A stretch of DNA of 22,891 nucleotides, taken from positions 1 to 22,891 of the IMG/VR virus record IMGVR_UViG_2713896907_000001; one strand, given 5' to 3'. The DNA is from a virus (lineage: Duplodnaviria; Heunggongvirae; Uroviricota; Caudoviricetes). This document shows, piece after piece, positions 17,405-22,891 of this stretch. The notes beneath the pieces are model-generated. The model was not told where the DNA came from. It saw only the letters and a list, made by a program, of their open reading frames with translations, and searched no databases. The translations under genes were made by a program, and so were the position numbers. How positions within the stretch are numbered: the first letter of the stretch is position 1; each line of letters begins with the position of its first letter.

Positions 17405-17841
17405 TTTCCGAATAGAGTGCTCATCGGTGATGTTTCAATCTGAATTGCGCCGCCGTCTTTGCCTGTTAGCTCGTGATCAACCTTGTCGCGCCATTTATCC
17501 TTCTGTCGGTTCTTAAGCCAGAAGATGGCGGCGGTTGTATCAGGCGGGTAATACTTCTCAAGCGGAGTTTCGACAATTCTGTTTTCAATAACACGAATAT
17601 CGATGTCTGGAGCCACGAAGCCCATAGCGCGTTGATAAAGACGGTCACTAACTTCTGCATCAGCGACGGCCTTACCCTTTTTTATGGACTCCGAAAACTT
17701 AGGATAATCAAGCTTCCACTTGTTAATAGTTGACTCACTGACTTCAAAGAAATCAGCAAGTTCTGCATCGGTGTAGCCCAGCAAGCACAGTTTGCGTGCC
17801 TGTTCGGCATACGCCTCTTGATACTTTGTTGGGCGCGCCAT
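17401..17841 (-). CDS. Terminase small subunit
   Basis: 146 aa with an N-terminal helix-turn-helix region and C-terminus ...TGKDGGAIQIETSPMSTLFGK, matching the Sf6 small-terminase C-terminus from memory; directly upstream of terL. Confidence 0.85.
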   Translation of the reverse strand: MARPTKYQEAYAEQARKLCLLGYTDAELADFFEVSESTINKWKLDYPKFSESIKKGKAVADAEVSDRLYQRAMGFVAPDIDIRVIENRIVETPLEKYYPPDTTAAIFWLKNRQKDKWRDKVDHELTGKDGGAIQIETSPMSTLFGK

Positions 17842-17843
17842 GT

Positions 17844-18086
17844 TTATGCTCCGGTAGTGAACAGGTCTAACGCTTCCTTCGATTTACGCACCGCTTCGAT
17901 AGTTCGGGTCGTGATATCTGAATTAGCGCCACCTGACTGGAAGTGAATTTTGAATAGCTCAAGCTTCAGTTCGTCAGTGCCAATGAATTGAAATGCTTCC
18001 TCCGCGGATGCGTTCTGGTTCATGACCAGCTTGTAAATCTCTAACTGGAATTTCTGTTCTTCAGTCATGGGAATAATCTCTGCCAT
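17844..18086 (-). CDS. Hypothetical 80-aa protein immediately upstream of terS
   Basis: ORF MAEIIPMTEEQKFQLEIYKLVMNQNASAEEAFQFIGTDELKLELFKIHFQSGGANSDITTRTIEAVRKSKEALDLFTTGA; GGAG-like ribosome-binding site; no family recognised. Confidence 0.45.
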   Translation of the reverse strand: MAEIIPMTEEQKFQLEIYKLVMNQNASAEEAFQFIGTDELKLELFKIHFQSGGANSDITTRTIEAVRKSKEALDLFTTGA

Positions 18087-18189
18087 TGTTGGCTCCGTTT
18101 ATCCGTTAAAAGGGATATCAGTTAAGTTATCCCGTGTAGGGTATAAGCCATTATCAAAGCCACTCTGTAGGGAATGGCTTTTGTAATAA

Positions 18190-18570
18190 CTACTGTTCGC
18201 TTAGCTTCTGCTTCAGCAAGTAACCTTCGAGCATCCAGATTTTGTTTACAGCATTTTGCCGGGCAATCTTCCGACCAATTTCTGCATCAAAGTTTTCCGG
18301 GCTTGCACAGGCACTCTCTCCGGTGACGGTGAAGCCATTCTTCAGCACCAGTACGCAGAAAGTGAGCAACTTCAATGGTGATAAATCACGATCGCCTTCT
18401 TCTGGTTTTTCCCTGCCACAATATTCGTTGCTGGAAATGGCACCATTTCGTCCATCATAAGCAGTAAAGTAATGCTCGCTTTTAATCACGTCTTCGATGT
18501 GCTGCGGGGTGATTCGCGGTGCCGTTTTGCCTTTCTCAACGATTTCTTTTTCGATTTGCTGGTCGTTCAT
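18190..18570 (-). CDS. Gp49 / Sf6 gene-66 family-like protein
   Basis: 126 aa; core LKLLTFCVLVLKNGFTVTGESACASPENFDAEIGRKIARQNAVNKIWMLEGYLL resembles the Phage_gp49_66 family as I recall it; located between the lysis and packaging modules as in Sf6-type genomes. Confidence 0.5.
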   Translation of the reverse strand: MNDQQIEKEIVEKGKTAPRITPQHIEDVIKSEHYFTAYDGRNGAISSNEYCGREKPEEGDRDLSPLKLLTFCVLVLKNGFTVTGESACASPENFDAEIGRKIARQNAVNKIWMLEGYLLKQKLSEQ

Positions 18571-18886
18571 AATTATGACCCTGTAGAGTAGTTGCTTGAT
18601 TAGGATGTCTTTCCATCAGTCCGCCACCACAAAGAATCTTTTTTGCCATAAGGCTGGAGGTTCATCTTTCAGTGGCTGCCAGTGTTACTTCCCCACTTAC
18701 TGGCTTGGGTTGTTTCGTGGTACTGCCGTTAACTGGTGGCGCACAGATTTAGTTAAATCCGTTCTCGCCTGAACTATCTTTTACATACCCGGATTGTGGG
18801 GATGTAAATCACGGTTTCATTATCAAGCCCACCAGTAGATGGGCTTTGTAATGAAGAGTTGTTATGAAAATTGCTCTAAACAAGCA

Positions 18887-19375
18887 TTAATAGCCATCAG
18901 AAGTAATCGCTACAGATTTCAATCCCTCAATGTCATCCTTGGACAGGGCGAACCATTCACCGTGCTTTCTCTTTGCGGCAAATTTGCGATGAAGCATGTT
19001 TTCAGTTTCTCTTCCACCAGGGATCAGGCACTCAAGCTTCAAGCAGTCTGGTCCAGAGTTGCCAAGCGATTTGATGCGTTGTGGAATGTTGGATGAATAC
19101 CCAATTTTGGTTAGCCCAGTTTTCTTCGATGACAAAACGTATACCTGAGGAGGTTCTTTTCTCTGGTCTTCCATTACACGTCTCATTGTTGCCATAAGTC
19201 CGCCGTGCATCAGCATTTCAACAAAGAACGCTGACCGAACACCTGACGACTTAAGCATGCCAGAAAATTCACTTGCCAATTCCATTAACTCTGCGATGTT
19301 TTCAGGAACTTTTTGGCAGTTATCTTCCTTGTATAAGGAAATCATTCTTTGAAGCTTTTCTTCTAATTGGTTCAT
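18887..19375 (-). CDS. T5orf172 (GIY-YIG-like) domain protein with short helical N-terminal region
   Basis: From ATG at 19375: MNQLEEKLQRM... The C-terminal part VYVLSSKKTGLTKIGYSSNIPQRIKSLGNSGPDCLKLECLIPGGRETENMLHRKFAAKRKHGEWFALSKDDIEGLK fits the T5orf172 pattern (hydrophobic-Y start, KIG, R..SL, GG.E.E..LH..F, GEWF). Confidence 0.6.
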   Translation of the reverse strand: MNQLEEKLQRMISLYKEDNCQKVPENIAELMELASEFSGMLKSSGVRSAFFVEMLMHGGLMATMRRVMEDQRKEPPQVYVLSSKKTGLTKIGYSSNIPQRIKSLGNSGPDCLKLECLIPGGRETENMLHRKFAAKRKHGEWFALSKDDIEGLKSVAITSDGY

Positions 19376-19524
19376 AGCGTCTTTACCTTTTAGAAAGTGA
19401 GCCTGTCTCACAGAAAAGCCGCCCCGAGATGGTCGCCACCATATACGGCAGTTCTCAGGCTCAACTTTCTGAAAGGCTCGGGTGATGTAATATGCGCGTG
19501 AGATGCGCTGTGAAATTCAGATGT

Positions 19525-19548
19525 AAAAAAAGCCCCGCATCGCGAGGC
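19525..19548 (-). terminator. Intrinsic terminator downstream of the lysis cassette
   Basis: Minus strand reads GCCTCGC-GAT-GCGGGGC followed by TTTTTTT (plus-strand A-run at 19525-19531); 34 nt after the Rz stop. Confidence 0.7.
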
Positions 19549-19581
19549 TCATTAAATTGACTTTGTGATTTGCAAAAAAAA

Positions 19582-20019
19582 TTATTTCAGGCATTGCGTC
19601 CTGATGTACTCCTGCAGGTAGTTAACCTGCGCGGTTATCCTGTCGATTCCACTTCGGAGACGGTAATAATTGAGTTCAGCATCTGCTGTAAGTCTTGGGC
19701 TTTCTCCATTGCCCATGCTGCTGGCTCCGGTCGTTGACTTTGCACAGGTGGCGGCGACTTGCAGGCGCTTACGACCAGCAGAAACATCAGCACGGAGACT
19801 TTCGATAGTCGCGTTAGCATCAGCAAGCTCCTTTGTGTATCTGGCGTCGAGTTCAGCTACATCACGTTGACGCTTCTGCATATCAGAGATGATAGATGTG
19901 GCTTTATCGCGCTGGTCTTTGTAGGCGATGGCGTTATCACGGTAATGATTAACAGCCCATGACAGGCAGACGATGATGCAGATAACCAGAGCGGAGATAA
20001 TCGCGGTTACTCTGTTCAT
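19582..20019 (-). CDS. Rz-like i-spanin
   Basis: From ATG at 20019, overlapping the endolysin stop (ATGA): [79 protein letters not shown]...; N-terminal transmembrane segment plus coiled-coil periplasmic domain; last gene of the lysis cassette. Confidence 0.8.
   Translation of the reverse strand: MNRVTAIISALVICIIVCLSWAVNHYRDNAIAYKDQRDKATSIISDMQKRQRDVAELDARYTKELADANATIESLRADVSAGRKRLQVAATCAKSTTGASSMGNGESPRLTADAELNYYRLRSGIDRITAQVNYLQEYIRTQCLK
19635..19826 (-). CDS. Rz1-like o-spanin lipoprotein, embedded in Rz in another frame
   Basis: [42 protein letters not shown]...: signal peptide with lipobox VSAC and a proline-rich mature region, fully nested in the Rz gene; exact start uncertain. Confidence 0.6.
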   Translation of the reverse strand: MLMLTRLSKVSVLMFLLVVSACKSPPPVQSQRPEPAAWAMEKAQDLQQMLNSIITVSEVESTG

Positions 20020-20513
20020 TGCTGACCCCACAAACAGATTTCACGCTCAATCTCACGACGAGTCATGAGACCTTTCCATTGCTTACCGCCAGCGTATGTC
20101 CAGCGACGTAGCTGATCACATGCGCCTTTGATATCGCCCTGGTTTATTTTGCGAAGAAGCGTCGATGTTCTGAAATTGCCAGCGCCCACGTTGTAAACGA
20201 ACGAGTAAAGAGCGCCGCGCGTTGTTTCCGGTATATCAACTTTTATGTACGGGTTAATTTGTCTGGCGGCCGTGGCAAGGTCTTTATTCAGGAGGGCTTT
20301 GCATTCTGCTTCGGTATACGTTTTACCGGGAATGATGTCTTTTCCTGTATGCCCGTAACATACCGTCCATACACCAACTATGTCTTTGTAAGGATTATGT
20401 CTCACACCTTCCAGACCATCGTTACCACTTGGGCCAGTGATTAACACAGATGCTATGGCAATAGCCCCGCCACCAATAGCAGCAGCAACGGCTTTTCGTA
20501 ATGATGGAGGCAT
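20016..20513 (-). CDS. SAR endolysin (phage-21 R-type lysozyme)
   Basis: 165 aa; N-terminal weakly hydrophobic Gly/Ala-rich signal-anchor-release segment ([20 protein letters not shown]), then [23 protein letters not shown] with an E-8-D-5-T catalytic spacing; directly after the pinholin. Confidence 0.85.
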   Translation of the reverse strand: MPPSLRKAVAAAIGGGAIAIASVLITGPSGNDGLEGVRHNPYKDIVGVWTVCYGHTGKDIIPGKTYTEAECKALLNKDLATAARQINPYIKVDIPETTRGALYSFVYNVGAGNFRTSTLLRKINQGDIKGACDQLRRWTYAGGKQWKGLMTRREIEREICLWGQQ

Positions 20514-20728
20514 TATTCACCTCTCGCAGCCTTTCGTCTGTCTTCTCTGATTTTGAAATACAGATTTGTCAGATAAGTGAGAAAACCCAAGACAAGGCTT
20601 CCAAGCACTCCAATCGCAGCCCACTGTGACGGACTGACCTGATCCAACCACTGCAAAAACCAGTATCCCGCACTACCAGCAGATGTTCCGTAGGCAATGC
20701 CAGTTGAGATTTTGTCCATTGATTTCAT
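20513..20728 (-). CDS. Pinholin, phage-21 S21-type, with dual-start motif
   Basis: [71 protein letters not shown] matches remembered phage 21 S21; two in-frame Met codons (MKSM) consistent with antiholin/holin starts; strong GGAGG ribosome-binding site. Confidence 0.85.
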   Translation of the reverse strand: MKSMDKISTGIAYGTSAGSAGYWFLQWLDQVSPSQWAAIGVLGSLVLGFLTYLTNLYFKIREDRRKAARGE

Positions 20729-20779
20729 AGCAACGCCTCCGCCAGTAACGGATTGCGTAGTTCTTATATTGGGAAGGGG

Positions 20780-20839
20780 AAAAAAGAAGGCCGCAGCGTA
20801 ACTATCACTGATGAATTCAGGATAGCCAGTGGCTACGGC
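20780..20839 (-). terminator. Structured hairpin followed by a U-tract between the tRNA genes and the holin (candidate terminator or tRNA-like remnant)
   Basis: Minus strand GCCGTAGC ... GCTGCGGC forms an 8-bp closing stem (one G-U) around an internal CTATC/GATAG and CTGA/TCAG hairpin, followed by CTTCTTTTTT. Too short (about 54 nt) for a tRNA. Confidence 0.4.
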
Positions 20840-20846
20840 TCAGTTA

Positions 20847-20922
20847 TGGTGCTGGTTAACGGACTTGAACCGCTACCCATTCGCTTACAAGGCGACTGCT
20901 CTACCATTGGAGCTAAACCAGC
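20847..20922 (-). tRNA. tRNA-Thr (anticodon UGU)
   Basis: Minus strand GCTGGTTTAGCTCCAATGGTAGAGCAGTCGCCTTGTAAGCGAATGGGTAGCGGTTCAAGTCCGTTAACCAGCACCA folds as a 76-nt cloverleaf: perfect 7-bp acceptor and 4-bp D stem, anticodon loop CTTGTAA, T-loop TTCAAGT, encoded CCA. One G-A at the base of the anticodon stem. Confidence 0.75.
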
Positions 20923-20927
20923 ATATT

Positions 20928-21002
20928 TGGCGGGACAGCGTGGACTCGAACCACGATAAGAAGGTTAACAGCCTTCCGTAATGACCTTTATACGACTGAC
21001 CC
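20928..21002 (-). tRNA. tRNA-Asn-like (anticodon GUU), possibly slightly degenerate
   Basis: Minus strand GGGTCAGTCGTATAAAGGTCATTACGGAAGGCTGTTAACCTTCTTATCGTGGTTCGAGTCCACGCTGTCCCGCCA: perfect anticodon stem GAAGG/CCTTC, loop CTGTTAA, T-arm CGTGG-TTCGAGT-CCACG, encoded CCA. One U-U mismatch in the acceptor stem and a 3-bp D stem. Only 5 nt from tRNA-Thr. Confidence 0.55.
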
Positions 21003-21006
21003 AAAT

Positions 21007-21090
21007 AAAAAAAGCCACCGTTGCAACTTAAGAGTCACTAACGGCAGCTTATGCCAATAGTGTTGCTCATTTGCTCAATGATGTCAACAC
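21007..21090 (-). promoter_or_regulatory. Candidate Q-dependent late promoter region (pR'-like -35 TTGACA and a short hairpin plus U-tract leader) between Q and the tRNAs
   Basis: On the minus strand a perfect TTGACA (21087..21082) lies 7 nt after the Q stop. Downstream, CTGCCGTT...AACGGTGGC can pair and is followed by TTTTTTT (21013..21007), right before tRNA-Asn. No convincing -10 hexamer at 17-bp spacing, so the call is weak. Confidence 0.3.
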
Positions 21091-21093
21091 GTT

Positions 21094-21582
21094 CTATGCT
21101 ACATGTTTAATTTTCTCTACACGTTTCCGATTTTTAAACGCACTATCCAGAACCGGGTAAATCATAAACAACGAGGCATTAAGGATTTCGTCAACTTCCC
21201 GTCGACAGGTTGCGAGCGATGGTTTTTGAATGCGCCCGCCGCCACGGCATAACATCTTGCGAGGTCTTGCGACGCGATGATAGTAAGATGCAATGGCGTG
21301 CCTGGAAGAGCCATGAGCGTAGTAGCTGAGGAGGATTCCAAAGGCTTTTTTGTCAATGTACATGACGGAATCGACGACCTGAGAAATCAACATTCCATCA
21401 TCATCATTACACATTGGCCTTGTCATAACTCTTCCCGGCTCTACGCTCTCCATGAACTTCGCTATTACGCTGCTCATGCGCTTTTCCAGACGACCTGAAT
21501 AAACCCATGCGCCCCACAGTTCAAGCCAGCCATTCAGCCACTCGTGCTGTTCTTTGGTGAGGTTTAGTTCTCTTATGCTCAT
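21094..21582 (-). CDS. Putative late-gene antiterminator Q (phage 21/82 type), by position
   Basis: 162-aa ORF MSIRELNLTKEQHEWLNGWLELWGAWVYSGRLEKRM... between ninH and the late leader/lysis cassette, the invariant position of Q in lambdoid phages; start overlaps the ninH stop. Called by synteny, not by recognised sequence. Confidence 0.55.
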   Translation of the reverse strand: MSIRELNLTKEQHEWLNGWLELWGAWVYSGRLEKRMSSVIAKFMESVEPGRVMTRPMCNDDDGMLISQVVDSVMYIDKKAFGILLSYYAHGSSRHAIASYYHRVARPRKMLCRGGGRIQKPSLATCRREVDEILNASLFMIYPVLDSAFKNRKRVEKIKHVA

Positions 21583-21767
21583 CGTCTTCCTCTCTTGCCC
21601 TGTTTGACCATCAGGACGCCGTTAACTATTACGTGACGTTCGCCTTTGCTGTCTCGGTTGTACTTGAGCACTGTTCCTCTTGCACAGGAAAGCATCCTCG
21701 CCACTTCGGTCTGATTGCCTCGTGTCTGGATAAGAAGCTCTGGTATCGTTTGAATTGTGGCGTTCAT
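21579..21767 (-). CDS. ninH: NinH-like DNA-binding protein
   Basis: MNATIQTIPELLIQTRGNQTEVARMLSCARGTVLKYNRDSKGERHVIVNGVLMV... resembles remembered lambda NinH (MTFSVKTIPDMLVEAYGNQTEVARRLKCSRGTVRKYVDDKDGKMHAIVNDVLMV). Confidence 0.85.
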   Translation of the reverse strand: MNATIQTIPELLIQTRGNQTEVARMLSCARGTVLKYNRDSKGERHVIVNGVLMVKQGKRGRR

Positions 21768-22126
21768 ACGTTCTCCAGTTCGGTGATTTTTATTCCAAGC
21801 CGTCCGCCTGGCACTTTCACACCACGAATTACGCGAATGTCATCGAATTGCTCGTCGTCTTCCGCAAATCCGGCGTGGATAAGGGAGTCGAGTAAACCTT
21901 TCAGGATGTTGTCGAGGTCGCGGCGGCGGGAGTCTGGAACGTCTGCGATGACTTTGATGCGGAGTCGTGATTTGGTGAAAATGTCTAACTTAAGTTGGCG
22001 GATGATTTGCTGAACGTCTTTTCGGTATTTCTGGCCTTTATCGCTGATGTAGTATTGGCTTCCCCGTCTTCGCCAGTAGGTATTCACCGACGGCGGGTAT
22101 GGAAGCACAAACTGATATTCGTTCAT
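21764..22126 (-). CDS. rusA: RusA-family Holliday junction resolvase
   Basis: 120 aa with LPYPPSVNTYW and DSRRRDLDN motifs, matching RusA (LPWPPSNNRYY ... DRRRRDLDN). Confidence 0.9.
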   Translation of the reverse strand: MNEYQFVLPYPPSVNTYWRRRGSQYYISDKGQKYRKDVQQIIRQLKLDIFTKSRLRIKVIADVPDSRRRDLDNILKGLLDSLIHAGFAEDDEQFDDIRVIRGVKVPGGRLGIKITELENV

Positions 22127-22413
22127 GACTTAATCTTCCCCTCCTTCAGCAGTATCGCCTGCGTCCTGATCACGCCTTCGAGGTGGTAAAGTCTGGCGTC
22201 TTTGTTGTCGAGAATCCGGGTGCGTCGGTCGATCTCCGCGTGGCAGTCACTACAAGCCCATGCGCCGATCAGGTCGTCAGGCTTCATTCCCGTTCCGCAA
22301 ATTCCAGCCATCCGGTAATGTGCCAGAACTGTAGTTTCAGGATTACCATTGCATATTCCGTAAATACGTACCTGGCATTCTCTGCCGCGTGCTTCTTTGC
22401 GTAGGTTAGCCAT
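22123..22413 (-). CDS. YbcO-like (DUF1364) nin-region protein
   Basis: MANLRKEARGRECQVRIYGICNGNPETTVLAHYRMAGICGTGMKPDDLIGAWACSDCHAEIDRRT... closely resembles remembered E. coli DLP12 YbcO (MADLRKAARGRECQVRIPGVCNGNPETSVLAH...CSACHDEIDRRT). Confidence 0.7.
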   Translation of the reverse strand: MANLRKEARGRECQVRIYGICNGNPETTVLAHYRMAGICGTGMKPDDLIGAWACSDCHAEIDRRTRILDNKDARLYHLEGVIRTQAILLKEGKIKS

Positions 22414-22682
22414 TATGGTTCACTCCAGTAATTCTCAATTGCAGCAGCCATTCTCTGCATCCACTCAGCCAGCTTTAACGCGGCTTCTCTTTCAGAACCA
22501 CATTTAGGGAAATCCTTCATTTCCATGCTGGCCTTATATGTTCTGAATGCCTGGTCTCCGGTAATAACCAACTCCTGATCAAGCACCGAGCGTTTATTCC
22601 GGTGTTGAACGTAATAGACAGATTCAGTCCGCATTTCTTCTCTGTCTTTTTTGAAGGAAATAAGCTCAGAGAAATCACTCAT
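22413..22682 (-). CDS. Hypothetical nin-region protein (89 aa)
   Basis: ORF MSDFSELISFKKDREEMRTESVYYVQHRNKRSVLDQELVITGDQAFRTYKASMEMKDFPKCGSEREAALKLAEWMQRMAAAIENYWSEP; start overlaps the stop of the upstream small gene; no family recognised. Confidence 0.5.
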   Translation of the reverse strand: MSDFSELISFKKDREEMRTESVYYVQHRNKRSVLDQELVITGDQAFRTYKASMEMKDFPKCGSEREAALKLAEWMQRMAAAIENYWSEP

Positions 22683-22845
22683 CGTCTTCTTCCTCGTGCA
22701 TCGAGCTATTCGGATCGCTCATCAGTTCTGCGCAGCAGTGCTCACACACGTGAACTTCCAGCACATGCAGCTTCTGACCGCAGTTAGCGCACGTTAAAGC
22801 TCGCTCGACACTTCCTTGTTCGTAACTTCGATTTTGGTCAATCAC
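22675..22845 (-). CDS. NinF-like small cysteine-rich protein
   Basis: Not in the ORF track (under 60 aa). Manual translation from GTG at 22845 (GAGGAAAA upstream): (M)IDQNRSYEQGSVERALTCANCGQKLHVLEVHVCEHCCAELMSDPNSSMHEEEDDE; CxxC...CxxCC pattern and position typical of lambda-type NinF. Confidence 0.5.
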   Translation of the reverse strand: MIDQNRSYEQGSVERALTCANCGQKLHVLEVHVCEHCCAELMSDPNSSMHEEEDDE

Positions 22846-22891
22846 CTTGTTTTCCTCGCACGTTCTCTAAGCCACCGGATATCCCACAGGT
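22841..22891 (-). CDS. 3' end of an upstream nin-region gene (partial, runs off the right edge)
   Basis: Open minus-strand frame ...TCGISGGLENVRGKQGD ending at a TGA that overlaps the NinF-like start; only 16 codons in the window. Confidence 0.3.

Noticed and set aside
18839-19096. 85-aa plus-strand ORF
   Set aside because: Mostly antisense to the 3' part of the T5orf172 gene and begins within the upstream non-coding stretch without a ribosome-binding site.
20780-20839. Possible third tRNA gene next to tRNA-Thr
   Set aside because: The closing stem encloses only about 54 nt and there is no T-arm (no GTTCRA motif), so no cloverleaf can be built; kept only as a hairpin/terminator-like element.
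20753-20959. 68-aa plus-strand ORF ([15 protein letters not shown]...)
   Set aside because: Spans the tRNA-Thr gene and the structured element on the opposite strand; the sequence is explained by RNA genes, not protein.
1-22891. CRISPR array or long tandem repeats
   Set aside because: I found no regularly spaced direct repeats on reading the sequence; the only repeats seen are short palindromes and hairpins at regulatory sites.

Overview
This window is a contiguous piece of a P22/Sf6-like temperate phage or prophage of an enterobacterial host, with nearly all real genes on the minus strand. All calls rest on reading the ORF translations, remembered family sequences and synteny; no search was run. 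Right to left: a lambda-type nin region (ninF-like, ybcO-like, rusA, ninH), a Q-like late antiterminator, two tRNA genes, a phage-21-type lysis cassette (pinholin, SAR endolysin, Rz/Rz1), a small insulated accessory cassette (T5orf172 protein, Gp49-like protein), then the full P22-type morphogenesis block (terS, terL, portal, scaffold, coat, gp4, gp10, gp26 needle, gp14, gp7, gp20, gp16), and finally the start of the tailspike gene at the left edge. The most interesting part is the accessory region between the gp16-like gene and the tailspike (about 500-4347). It holds an expanded immI-like antirepressor locus (Arc-like plus two Mnt-like ribbon-helix-helix proteins, two antirepressor-like genes, a perfect 16-bp palindromic operator, two candidate sar-like antisense RNAs). 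Upstream of that, where P22 carries sieA, sits a three-gene moron cluster: a signal-peptide protein, a small HExxH zincin-like protein and a YjzC-like protein. That cluster is my best candidate for an undescribed superinfection-exclusion or defence function, but the function is inferred from position only.
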